From Octopus vulgaris (taxonomy: Eukaryota): a stretch of DNA of 64,000 nucleotides. Positions 52,067 to 64,000 of the stretch are shown piece after piece (the first letter of the stretch is position 1; every line of letters begins with the position of its first letter). Both the position numbers and the translations under genes were made by a program. The DNA is taken from contig OX597824.1 in assembly GCA_951406725.2 (NCBI GenBank), forward strand, positions 86,056,001-86,120,000, in the 5' to 3' direction. Below the pieces are notes generated by a model that saw nothing but the letters and a program-made list of their open reading frames with translations, was not told where the DNA came from and made no database searches.

Positions 52067-53677
52067 TGTGTATATGTGTGTATGAGTGTGTGTATGTATG
52101 TGTGTGTATATGTTTGTGTGTCTGTGTCCCCCCCCCCCCCTCAACATCGCTTGACAACCGATGCTGGTGTGTTTACATCCCTGTAACTTAGCAATTCGGC
52201 AAAAGAGACCCGATAGAATAAGTACTAGGCTTACAAAAAGTAAGTCCTGGGGTCGATTTGGTCGACTAAAGGCAGTGCTCCATCATGACCACAGTCAAAT
52301 GACTGAAACAAGTAAAAGAGTAAAGAGTAGATTATGTGATTAGTAAATAGAAACTCCCTTCTAGAGGTGTTTGAAATCTTAATAAAACAAGCAAGGAAGA
52401 TAACTAATGATATAAATTCAATAAAATTTTGAGAAAGCAATACAAGGAACACCTTGACTTAACGATTTAGTTTCTTCCAAATATCCCATCGTTAAACGAA
52501 GAATCATTAAAAGGCTAATTATAAACAGTGGTTATGTTCTCACTGATGAAACTTGACATGAGAAATTGATTAAGTGTTAAATAAGAAGCAATCAAACTAG
52601 TTTAAACATAATCAATTATTTCATTAAATTGATAATTTACAAATAATTAACAGGCACAGGCATCAATGTGTAATTAAAAAGTTCACTTTACAACTCAGTG
52701 GTTTCAAGTTCAGGACTTATTCTATCAGTCTCTTTTACTGAACCGCTAAGTTACGGGGACGTAAACACACCAGCATCGGTTGTCAAGCAATGTTGGAGGG
52801 ACAAACACAGACACATACATACACATACACATATATACATATATTCGATGGGCTTCTTTCAGTTTCCGTCTACCAAATTCACTCACAAGGCTTTGGTCGG
52901 CCCAAGGCTATCGTAGAAGACGCTTGCCCAAGGTGCCACGTAGTGGGACTGAACCTGGAACCATGTGGTTGGTACGCAAGCTACTTACCACAACAGCCAC
53001 TGCTACGCCTATGATGATATACGTGTGAGATAATATTGATATGTTGGTGTCTGTGCACATTGGTATTGGTGTGTGTGTGTGTGTGTGTTATATTAGTATA
53101 AACATGTATGCACACACACACACACACATTTCACACTTCTTTGAAATTACTGTTTTCTCACTTGTTTTCCTACAACTCTCTTACTGTCTCTCCTCCTCCT
53201 CCCACTACCAGTGCACTGGTCACCTCTCCCACCACCACCTCCCCACTCATTCACCCACCCACCTATCTTCGCCCCCTCCCAACCCTGTCCCCCCACACTA
53301 ACCCCACCCTCCCACCTAGTTCTCCTGTTTATTCCCCAGTTTTTTCCCCTAAAATGTCACTAGACTAATTAACTGAATTTACATCCATCACCAGACCACT
53401 GCTTATAAAAGTTTTTGTTCTTCTTATTGCTACCACTGTGCTGTTTAGAAAGCTGTCGTCCATGTGGTGGTGGTGGTGGTGGTGGTAGTGCAGTTGTCAC
53501 CAGTGGCATGGTAGCACTATTGTTGTCATTGTAGTAGAGGTAGTAGTAGTAGTAGTAGTAGTAGTAGGTGGTAATGGTGCAGTTGTCATCAGTGGGAAGG
53601 CAGCACCACTGTTGCCATTGTAGTTGATGATGGTGGTGGTGGTGGTGTCACTGCAGAGCAAGTGTGAGGGTATTACC

Positions 53678-54078
53678 TATTTCTTTATTGCCCACAAGGG
53701 GCTAAACACAGAAGGGACAAACAAGGACAGACAAACGGATTAAGTCGATTATATCGACCCCAGTGCGTAACTGGTACTTAATTTATCGACCCCGAAAGGA
53801 TGAAAGGCAAAGTCGACCTCGGCGAAATTCGAACTCAGAACGTAACGGCAGACGAAATACCTATTTCTTTACTGCCCACAAGGGGCTAAACTTAGAGGGG
53901 ACAAACGGATTAAGTCGATTATATTGACCCCAGTGCGTAACTGGTACTTAGTTTAACGACCCCGAAAAGATGAAAGGTAAAGTCAACCTCGGCGGAATTT
54001 GAACTCAGAACATAAAGACAGATGAAATACTGCTCAGCATTTCACCCGGCATGCTAACAATTCTGCCAGCTCGCTGCC
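53678..54078 (-). mobile_element. Dimeric SINE C
   Basis: Two bodies and one head on the minus strand; TSD gtgagggtattacc (53664-53677, 54079-54092). Confidence 0.85.
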
Positions 54079-54714
54079 GTGAGGGTATTACCATCACCGC
54101 AGCAGTAATAGTCATGAAACTATCTTGGGTGAGAGAGAGAGAAAGGAAGGGTGTGTGAGAGAAAAAGCATGTGATAGAGAGAGAGAGTGCATTGTGAGAG
54201 AAAAAGAGAGATACTCTCTTTTCTCTTTTACTTGTTTCAGTCGAGCAAATCGACCCCAGGACTTATTCTTTGTAAGCCCAGTACTTATTCTATCGGTCTC
54301 TTTTGCCGAACTGCTAAGTTACGGGGGACGTAAACACACCAGCATCGGTTGTCAAGCGATGTTGGGCGGGGACAAACATATACACACACGCACACACATA
54401 TACGACGAGCTTCATTCAGTTTCCGTCTACCAAATCCACTCACAAGGCTTTGGTCGGCCCGAGGCTATAGTAGAAGACACTTGCCCAAGGTGCCACGCAG
54501 TGGGACTGAACACGGAACCATGTGGTTGGCAAGCAAGCCACTTACCACACAGCCACTCCTACACCTATGTCTGAGTATATTCCTCATTATGCATATGAGG
54601 ACGGGGGAGTGTGTTTGTCAATCATCCTTAATTAATAAATTTTAATGACTTTCTCTCTCTGTATGTGTATATTTCTGCATATGTGTGTGTTTGTCTCTAG
54701 TACTAAAAAGCACA

Positions 54715-54996
54715 TTCAGATGAAACTTTCAGGGATGTTTGTCCTTGTGACTGGCACAAACTGATTAGATTTTGGGATCGATTTGGGACCGGAAAAGGAC
54801 TCTGGATTTTTCTGGGGTTTTTTTCACTTAATTTTTGAGAGTGGTCAGGTTCATTTTTACTATTCTCATTTGTGAGAGCAGTCGAGTTTATTTCAGATAT
54901 TCCCATTTTAAAATTCATCTCTGGCTAATGGCTAATCATTGAGAGGACATTGGTCTTGCCTTGGTGGAGGTTTGTGCTCTCTGAGTGCTCTTGTTG
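54715..54996 (+). mobile_element. Probable Helentron-associated non-autonomous element fragment
   Basis: gatgaaactttcaggg..gattagattttgggatcgat.. and terminal ggtggaggtttgtgctctctgagtgctcttgtt hairpin resemble HINE-type ends (recognition only). Confidence 0.45.
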
Positions 54997-55636
54997 ATAA
55001 ATTTTCTCTCTGATGACTGGCATCCGTGCTAGTGGAGCACTAAGAGTACCATACGAGCATGATCGTTGCCAGAGCAACAAACATATATTGTTGCCAGTAC
55101 TGTGGGACTGGCCCTCGTCCCGGTGGCACGTAAAAGCACCCTCTACACTCTCGGAGTGGTTGGCATTAGGAAGGGCATCCAGCTGTAGAAACTCTGCCTG
55201 ATCAAGATTGGAGCCTGGTGCAGCCATCTGGTTCTCCAGACCTCAGTCAAACCATCCAACTCATGCCAGCATGGAAAGTGGATGTTAAATGACGATGATG
55301 ATGATGATGTACGTGTATATTTCTGTGTATGTGAGCATTTGCCTCTAGTACTAAAAAATACCTTCACTAAAGCAGGTTGAATGGTCCAGTCAGCCATGCC
55401 AAATTGTCAGCATCCAAACAGCAATGCCCAATCCATTTTAAACATTATTCCCAATACAGCTCTTCCTTCATCCATTATGCCTATGGAGGTAAACTGGAAA
55501 TGTCATCAGAACTTAAGACGAAATAATTTGCTTTATTTTCCCAGCTCCCTGCTCTATAAGTTCAAACCTTGCCATGGTCAGCTTTACTTTTCATCCTTTA
55601 GGAGCATAATAGTCCAAGGTAGTTGATTAATAGAAA

Positions 55637-56135
55637 CATTCATCATCATCATTGTTCGACCGTGGTCGAGACAATGGAATTTACCATGCTACGCCAGACT
55701 TCACGGTCTACCATGGCATTACGGAGGTCCTGTTGCTGGATGCCTGTATCCCTGGGGATTACATCAGGGTAGGAGAGTGTGTGCCCTCTGGCATTGCGAG
55801 TAGATGGCTTCCAGAGGAGGAGAGTAGAAATTACCTCTTTTTCAGCTCTACAACAATGTCCAGCAAACTGGACTCTCCTACCTTTCACAAGAGATGACAC
55901 AGGTGGTAGTTTCCCATATATTTGCATTTTGGTTGGATGGCGCTTCCACGAGAGATTTTGAGCTCTCATAAGGAGGCGAGTGTAGGTTCCATCCAACTGC
56001 CTCTCAAGCTTCTTTGATAACGTCCAGGTTTCTGAGCCATATTGTAGAATTGGTTCGACTGTGGCTTTGAAGATTTCAAGTTTGAAGTCTCTACTTAGAT
56101 TTGATGACCAGATCTTATGCATGTCATGTAGAAAC
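55637..56135 (-). mobile_element. RTE/RTE-X LINE 3' end, 5'-truncated, ORF still open
   Basis: MHKIWSSNLSRDFKLEIFKATVEPILQYGSETWTL...RRVQFAGHCCRA...AMVDREVWRSMV; the stop runs directly into a (GAT)n tail. Confidence 0.9.
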
Positions 56136-56900
56136 ATTAGAACACCATTTAAGATGGCTTGTGGTTGAATATCCCTAGTCATCTGAGTCCTTTGACATCA
56201 TCTCCATGAGGTTCAAAGTCCTGAGATCAGCATTCACCACTTTGTCCTGTAAACATAAAATCAACCTACACCTAAGTTAACCTACTTTATATGCTCACAG
56301 ACAGGTCACACCCTTAGTTTGAGGTTGTCAAAGTAGGTATTTGCAGTTGACTTGCAGATAGGTCACACTTTAATCTGGAGAGTTACATGGCCTTTTTTAA
56401 TGTAAATACAACTTATATTTGTTAAAGGCTATCAAATATTTACCGTTATTTCAAAACTTTGCTTAGAAATATTGAAACATTTTTGTGGAAGTGACTTTAT
56501 GAAATCAACTCAATAAAAAAATAATTAAAAAATCAATAGGTGTAGGAGTGGCTGTGTGGTAAGTAGCCTGCTAACCAACCACATGGTCCCGGGTTCAGTG
56601 CTACTGCTTGGCACCTTGGGCAAGTGTCTTCTACTATAGCCTTAGACCAACCAAAGCCTTGTGAGTGGATTTGGTAGATGGAAACTGAAAGAAGCCCGTC
56701 GTATATATATATATATATATACAAATATAAGAGAGTGTCCACTATGTGGTCGACTCTTGCGCTAAAAATATATCCGCTATGGTCTCAACTACCACAAATT
56801 GTTTCCAAGGAGAACTAGCACAACTATTAACGTAAACGAGCAAGGCAAATGAAAAATAACAAAAATGTAGATTAATTTTAATTCTAGACAATTGTTTTGC

Positions 56901-56966
<66 letters not shown>

Positions 56967-57440
56967 ATGTGTCTGTTTGTCCCCCTAACATCGCTTGACA
57001 ACCGATGCTGGTGTGTTTACATCCCCATAACTTAGAAGTTTGGCAAAAGAGACTGATAGAATAAGTACTAGGCTTACAAAGAATAAGTCCTGGGGTCAAT
57101 TTGCTCGACTAAAAAAAAAGGTATCAACTTGACCACAAAAACATCTGCTTCAGACCCCTTAAATTTCAAGCAAATAGGTCACACCCCTGATTTGTATTGA
57201 AATTTTTGGTTTAAAAAAAAAGTGCGACCTATCCGCGAGTATGTACAGTTCTTACAAAAAGATATCAGCTTAACTCAGGTAACTTAAAATAGCATCTTAT
57301 TCAAGTTTGTTATTATTTCTTATTCCCTTAACATCAAGAAATCAGAGATGAGCAGCATTTCTTCTCAGCTAAGACAACATTTGTGTTTCTGTTTCTAAGT
57401 TTGTATACAACCAGTTCCTTTTTATCATTTTTGCCTCTAG

Positions 57441-57517
57441 ATGACGCCACCCGGGTGAAGTTAAAATCCGTCCCAAATGTACCTGGCTCGGATTACATCA
57501 ATGCTAACTATATCCAA
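57441..57517 (+). CDS. PTPN12: PTP coding exon B (77 nt)
   Basis: Acceptor ttgcctctag|AT, donor CAA|gtaagt. With T from exon A reads YDATRVKLKSVPNVPGSDYINANYIQ (DxxRVxL and DYINA motifs). Confidence 0.93.
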
Positions 57518-57719
57518 GTAAGTACCCTTTCTTAATCTCTTTTGAAATCCTGAATTTTAGGAAATTTTTATTGGAATATATGGGGGTGAATATGACAGTT
57601 TGTGTTTCTGCAATGTTTAATCTGATATTTACTGTTTTACACATTTGTTCTTGTATTTCTAATGAATTCCTTGGATTATGTATTTAAATTAATTTTGAAA
57701 ATAATCAAGCACTTAATAA

Positions 57720-57758
<39 letters not shown>

Positions 57759-58889
57759 AATTATTGTATACAGTGCTCAGGTGCACCACAACTTGTCAAA
57801 AGTGTGTATAAAGGTGGAGAAACAATCTGTAACCTTGTTTCCATTTCCAGCTGATACATTCAGAGCACATGTTATCCCTGCCTTTGGTAAAGGCTTGAAT
57901 GCCACTACCTCTCATAACTTTTACTTCAGAAATAGTCAGGTCAAATCCAAGAATATTGGGAAGACTTCAGAAATGGAAATAGCTTGATGTGAAAATAATG
58001 GGAGATGTACTATATTGCAGACTTATTCAACCCATGCCAGGTGGGAAAACAGCAGTTAGTAAAACCTTGTTTGTGATAATACTATGTGAATTAGGTTTGG
58101 TAATAAAAAGAAATTTCTCAGAGCTGGATTCAGATCTTATATTAGATGTGTGTGTGTGTGTATATATAATATAAATTAGAGATAAAACCACTATTATACA
58201 ACTCAAACAATGATAGACATAAACCAAAACATAAATAACAAATAAAATATATTTTTATAAAACATATAACTAGATCTCCAACAGTATAAAAATGAATAAT
58301 CAATATATAAGTAAAAAAAAACTACGTACATTTCATGGCTACAATTAAATTCGAATTACAATTAACTTTAATTTAATTGAAATGATTTCAATTTAAAATT
58401 ATTGTCAATCTTCAGGTTAACAATAATAGTTAAATAAATAAGCAAATAGAGTTAAACAATATTTATTCAAAAAATAAATAAAATAATAATTTTTCTTATA
58501 GAAGAAACTCCATTAACTAAATTTGAAACTTAAAACATTAGGATTAGTTTCCTACAACACATTTATTATGTTAAATATTTAAAATTTAAGATTAAAAAAA
58601 GGTAGAGTAAATAGATAAAAATATGTATTTATCTGTGAAGATATAATTTAGCTTAAAAAAACATTAATAAACTATAGAATATCTTTAACCCAGTTATACT
58701 TCAATATTTAATTACCAAATTATTTAACAAAATAATCACTATTGATATTTTTAGATTTTAGTTCACATTAGGTTTTTAGATTTTAGTACTTATTCTATTA
58801 GACTCTTTTTCCTGAACCGCTGAGATACAGGGATGTAAACGCACCAACACTGGTTGTCAAGTATTGAGGGGAGGGTGAACAAAGACACG

Positions 58890-58920
<31 letters not shown>

Positions 58921-59083
58921 TTATACAACGGGCTTATTTCAGCTCCAGTCTACCAAATCCACTCACAGGACTTTGGTCAGCCTGAGGCTATAGTAAGAGA
59001 CACTTGATCAAAACTCGAACAGGGACTGAACTTGGAATCATGCAGTTTGGAAGCAAGCTTCTTACCACATAGCCATGCATGTA

Positions 59084-59114
<31 letters not shown>

Positions 59115-59116
<2 letters not shown>

Positions 59117-59466
59117 GGTCCTTCAGGAATCGTCTAACCGTGTCCACTTGACAACTTAACTCCTCCACAATGACATGTAGATAGGTGCCTTTAGCACTTT
59201 CTTTGATGATGTCAGACTTTTCTTCATCGTTAAGGCCTTTTCCATGTCCCATTGTTCTTAGAGAGGAGAGATGCTATTAGCATGTTTCACCCAAAACTGA
59301 AGAATCTGAAATAAAAAAAGAAAGGACGTTACACAGAATAATGAGAACAGCAATGGTGCTGCCATAATGTGTAAAACCAGCTGGGAAACGTTTTACCAAA
59401 ATTGATTCACAGAGAACCAAGAAATCCTAAATTTCACTCCTAAAATATTAGCATGGTTCTGAGTGT
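59115..59466 (-). mobile_element. Tc1-like transposase 5' remnant
   Basis: MGHGKGLNDEEKSDIIKESAKG..IVEELSCQVDTVRRFLKDP resembles the N-terminal HTH of Tc1/Tc3 transposases; truncated at (GT)n; ta|cactcagaacc end. Confidence 0.65.
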
Positions 59467-59923
59467 ATATATAAAGTAAGATTTAAATCGAACTCTGAGA
59501 AATTTGCGAGTGTGTGTGTATGTTATTGCTATTCAGCAGAAGTAACAGTGTGACTCAAAGGTCAAGAGTTTTGAGTGTTAGCACTTATCACAGCGCTAAC
59601 ATATAAAACACTTGGGCCTTGAGTCATTGTGTTACTTCTGCCAAATATTAATAAAAAATATATATATACACTTATGTTTTGAGTTCCGTTTTTTTCTGTT
59701 TGCATCGCCAAGCCTATATATATATATATATATATACTCTTTTACTCTTTTACTTGTTTCAGTCATGTGACTGTGGCCATGCTGGAGCATCACCTTTAGT
59801 CAAGCAAATCGACAAGCCTAGTACTTATTCTATCAGTCTCTTTTGCCGAACTGCTAAGTTACAGGGACACACCAGCATCAGTTGTCAAGCAATGTTGGGG
59901 GGACAAACACACACATACATACA

Positions 59924-59955
<32 letters not shown>

Positions 59956-60330
59956 CTAGCACTATGACCCGGCAATGCCGGGTCATAGTGCTAGTGCATG
60001 CATATACAGCTGTGTGTGTGCACACACACGCGCAAGTACTGTCCAAATCTCCGACCAATCACATACAGCTAGTTGGCATTCAATTGGCGTATCAAGTTTC
60101 GGGCATTTTGATTGGGTTTTGGATGGAAAATTCACAAAAAAGTCACTTCTATTGATTTTTTAATTTTGTGGGATGACTGAGGAAATGTAAAGATGTGCAC
60201 GACCACCCTTGGACGGTTTTGAACGACCATAGAAAGTGCAAGCTCTCTAAATGAAAAATTGTGGATTTGTATAAAGGATACACACACACAGACAGACATT
60301 TTGCCATTTATATATATATATATATATATA
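59956..60330 (-). mobile_element. Non-autonomous Helitron family H2 nested in the (TA)n of a SINE A
   Basis: CTAG/T end with hairpin cccggcaatgccggg at the left; acagacagacattttgccattta(ta)n at the right; SINE A halves on both sides. Confidence 0.7.
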
Positions 60331-61579
60331 TATGGCTTCTTTCTGTTTCCGTCTACCAAATCCACTCACAAGGCTTTGGTTGGCCCTATAGTAGAAGACA
60401 CTTGCCCAAGGTGCCATGCAGTGGGATTGAACCTGGAACCATGTGGTTGGAAAACAAGCTACTTACCAAACAACCACTCCTGCACCTATGCTTACCACAC
60501 AGCCACTCCTGCACCTATATATGTATATTATATAATATATACGTGTGTGTTTTGAGTTCCATTTTTTCTGTTTGTATCGCCAAACCTATATATATAAAAT
60601 TTTGATTCTTAAATTAAAGAAGGTCAGTGCCTATAAATATTTTGGGTTTTTTTTTAGACTGAGGTTTAGGGGCAACATAGTGTGTATATTGCTAGTGACT
60701 TTTGGGTAATAACTTGTATTAGAATTACAACTTATCTATGCCAAAAATATTAAATCTTCCCAATACAATCTTAGGGTGTGAAATAAACCTAAACTTGAAT
60801 TAAATGGATTTTTGTTTGTTGTTTTAGTCATCAATTAGTATTTAAATGTAACTTATTGTATAGGTAAGGAAACTTTCCAAGGTAGACATATGCACCAAAT
60901 TTGAGAGAGAAAAAAGAAACTGGCCGAATGACAGAATATAAACAAACTGAGCTTTTATGGTTTTAGCTATGGTGTGGCTGTGGAGTTAAGAAGCTTGCTT
61001 CCAACCATATGGTTTTGGGTTCAGTCCCATTACATGGCATCTTGGACAAATGGATCTGTGTGTATGTATGTATGTAGATTGTGTGTGTGTGTGTGTGCAT
61101 GTATGTAGATATGTGTGCATATGTATGTATGTGTGTATGTATGTATGTGTATGTATGTGTATATATATAAGAGTGTATATATGTCTATGCATGTGTGTGT
61201 GTGTGTGTGTTTTACTCTTGTCCAGAATTCACATGGTGTTTATAAATGGGCAGCGTCCTCGTACAACCAAGGTGGTTCCCTTCCACTCTTCCGTGAAAAA
61301 GCATGTCTGGCCATGGAAAAATATCACCTTGCTTGGAAAGAGATGAGAGTTGGCAACAGGAAGAGCATCCAGCTGTAGAAAACCCCTTCAACAAATTCCG
61401 TTTGACTCCTGCAAGCACAGAAAAGGGAACATCAAAAGATGATATTGTTGTGGCTTTCTGTCTAAAATTGGTGCCTATAATGTCTAATAGTAGTTACACT
61501 AATATCTTAGCAGAATATTCAGCTATAACTAATCAAGTTGTTTTAGACATTCATGAATTTGTTGTTTGGATTCTTCTAG

Positions 61580-61714
61580 TCTGCAGTTAGTGGCCATGGA
61601 TATATTGCCTGCCAAGGACCATTACCAAACACAGTTGCAGATTTTTGGCGAATGATAATGGAACTAGATGTTGAAACTGTTGTGATGGGCTGTAAGGAAG
61701 AAGAAGGTAACAAG
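61580..61714 (+). CDS. PTPN12: PTP coding exon C (135 nt)
   Basis: Acceptor ttcttctag|TCT, donor AAG|gtaagg. Translates SAVSGHGYIACQGPLPNTVADFWRMIMELDVETVVMGCKEEEGNK (YIAxQGP, TxxDFWxMI, VVM motifs); phase 0 at both ends. Confidence 0.93.
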
Positions 61715-61741
61715 GTAAGGTCAAATTCCATCTCTGTTCTA

Positions 61742-62307
61742 TTGGGTTGTCCGGAAAGTTTGTGCCGATTTATTGTAGCTTACCTTTCGACTTATTTTAG
61801 AACATGGTTGAGTCCATAAAATAGGATTTGACTACACCTCCATTTAGAGCACAGTTTAAGTTATCTTTTCGTGGAAGAAGGTTTATGTTCCTATAATCTG
61901 TGTGAATTCTGTAACCCTTTAAAATGGAAGATAAGAAAGTTCATTTTCGGCACTTGATGCTTTGGGAACCAGACAAAAATTGCTGCAGCTCGGCTGGGAT
62001 GTGTTACCCCACCCTCCACATTCACCAGATATTGCTCCTTCGGATTTCCACTTATTCAGGTCTCTGCAGAATAGTCTTAATGGTAAAAATTTCAATTCCT
62101 TGGATGACGTAAAATGATACGTTGATGAATTCTTTGCCACAAAACCACCTCAATTCTGGGAAAAGGGTATTTTCAAGTTAAAGGAAAGATGGAAACGCAT
62201 TGTGCAACAAAATGGTTCATATTTGGTTAATAAAAAATGTAATGGCAAGTATTTATTGACCTTTTGCTTTCCTTTAAAAATTGGCACCAACTTTACGGAC
62301 AACCCAA
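61742..62307 (+). mobile_element. Internally deleted mariner element
   Basis: TA TSD; TIRs ttgggttgtccggaaagtttgtgccgattt / aaattggcaccaactttacggacaacccaa; MEDKKVHFRH start fused to HPPHSPDIAPSDFHLFRSLQNSLNGK..FWEKGIFKLKERW. Confidence 0.92.
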
Positions 62308-63360
62308 TATATTGTTGTTGTTGCATGAGTAAGGTGCTAAAATCAGGGTCATTTTTTATTTAACTCCATTCAACTACATAACATCAATGGTAAGCTACTC
62401 CTTTTTTTCTTGATTTGGGAGCTTTTGAATTCTGTGCTTTTGAAGGCAGTTCTCAGTCTCCTTGCTATCTGCGTACGACAGTGAACTCTGATGCAACCAC
62501 ATCATAGTGCTTATCTTGCTTGCATGAAAATGAGACAAGAGAATTGGTATTGCAAATATCTAGTCCTATAGGTGCAAGCATGGTTGTGTGGTTTGGAAGT
62601 TTGCTTTCCAACCACGTGGTCTTGAGTTCAGTCTTGCTGCACAGCACCTAAGGCAAGTGTATTCTTCTAATAGCTTCAGACTGACCAAAGCTTTGTGAGT
62701 GGATTTGCTAGATGGATACTAGCAAAAGGCGGCGAGCTGGCAGAAATGTTAGCACGCTGGGCAAAGTGCTTAGCGGTATTTCATCTGCCACTACGTTCTG
62801 AGTTCAAATTCCGCTGAGGTCAACTTTGCCTTTCATCCTCTCAGGGTCGATAAATTAAGTACCAGTTACGCACTGGGGTCGATGTAATCGACTTAATCCG
62901 TTTGTCTGTCCTTGTTTGTTCCCTCTATGTTTAGCCCCTTGTGGGCAATAAAGAAATAGGAAACTAGCAAATGTGCATGCATATTTGTATGTTTGTGTAC
63001 ACATACCCTTCTCTTGACATCACATGATGGTTGTAAACAAGCTTTACCATCATAAAAAGCAATGTTGTTTATTTCCACTCATCCATGTGAAAACATGTCT
63101 GGCCATGGAGAAAGTTACCTTGCCCAGAAAGGGGTGAAAGTGACAGTTGTAGAAAATTTGCCTCAACAAATCCCATCTGACCCACACAAGCATGGAAAAG
63201 TGAATGTAAAATGGTGTGGAAGAAATGATATAACTAACTTTGATCCTTATCTAATCCCTTGATTTCTCATCTTCTCTGGATTTATTTCTTCATTCCATCT
63301 ACCCATCATCCTTTTCATCTTTAAAGTTTCAATCAGTTTCCTCTCTTTCTTTCTTTACAG

Positions 63361-63429
63361 CCAAAATGTGAGCGATATTGGCCTAAAGACAGTGAAGGCA
63401 AGTTATTTGGCAACATTGAAGTTAAATTG
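63361..63429 (+). CDS. PTPN12: PTP coding exon D (69 nt); gene continues past the window end
   Basis: Long polypyrimidine tract ending ttctttacag|CCA, donor TTG|gtaagt. Translates PKCERYWPKDSEGKLFGNIEVKL (KCxxYWP motif). Confidence 0.93.
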
Positions 63430-63499
63430 GTAAGTACTGTCTCCTCTATCTTGATTAAGGGAAATGGATTTATAATGGGAGGCAAGGTTCAAGATATCG

Positions 63500-63970
63500 G
63501 ATGAATATCGCCTTCTCCCATTAAAATTGTTCTTTGTGTTGTTTCAGGCTCCAGCAGGCGAGGAAAGAAGTCTTAAGTAAAAATGCAATTCACAACCAGT
63601 TTATTTACAAGTTACACAGAATAGATGAAGAGTGTTGCCCTCAGTATACCATCTCAAGCTGTGTGCGTCTCGTTGTATCTCAGTTAACGCGGGCCCATTG
63701 CCTCTGGAGATATGACATGTAGACAGGACTACCCTGGAGACCCAGCCAGCGAAGTGTGTCCAGCAAACGCTTGCAGTGAAGAAGAGATAGAATCTGTTTT
63801 GTTGGGCCCTTATATCCAGTTTGCAATCGCGAGCCTCGTTGTGATCTCGCACATGGCAAACGGATGCAGGTGAGGTCTCGCTCCTATCTCAGAGATGGCA
63901 ATGGTGGCTGCAAGATCTCATCCAATATGGCGCTGACTGCTTGTGCCGCTACAAGGGCTCCCCTCTGAGT
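63500..63970 (+). mobile_element. Possible degenerate LINE fragment
   Basis: GC/CpG-richer island in a PTP intron with broken frames; family not identified. Confidence 0.3.
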
Positions 63971-64000
63971 ACATCATCATCATCATCGTTCGCTTTCCTT

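Overview
AT-rich, repeat-saturated eukaryotic DNA, most consistent with an octopus (coleoid cephalopod) genome; this rests on recognising the SINE/MITE families and the (TA)n/(CA)n/(ATT)n/(CAT)n load, not on a search. The only well-supported host gene is a + strand classical protein tyrosine phosphatase of the PTPN12/18/22 (PEST) type. Four consecutive GT-AG exons (51319-51427, 57441-57517, 61580-61714, 63361-63429) splice in frame and carry the KNRY, DYINA, YIACQGP, DFWRMI and KCERYWP motifs. The first coding exon was not identified and the catalytic part lies beyond the window. The rest is transposon-derived: tRNA-derived SINEs, RTE LINE fragments with a ~60-bp VNTR 3' UTR, Gypsy pol remnants, mariner/Tc1 remnants, hAT-, piggyBac- and Merlin-like MITEs, and non-autonomous Helitrons. 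Most ORFs in the supplied track are microsatellite or repeat artefacts. The most unusual items are a 256-bp TG..CA element mixing Gypsy parts with TIRs and a 4-bp TSD, MITEs carrying (CCCTAA)n telomere repeats, fold-back palindromes centred on (CAT)n tails, a head-to-tail chain of six SINEs, inverted SINE pairs bracketing PTP exons, and a pre-miRNA-like hairpin. No new biological system can be demonstrated from the sequence alone. Repeat boundaries without a stated TSD are approximate.
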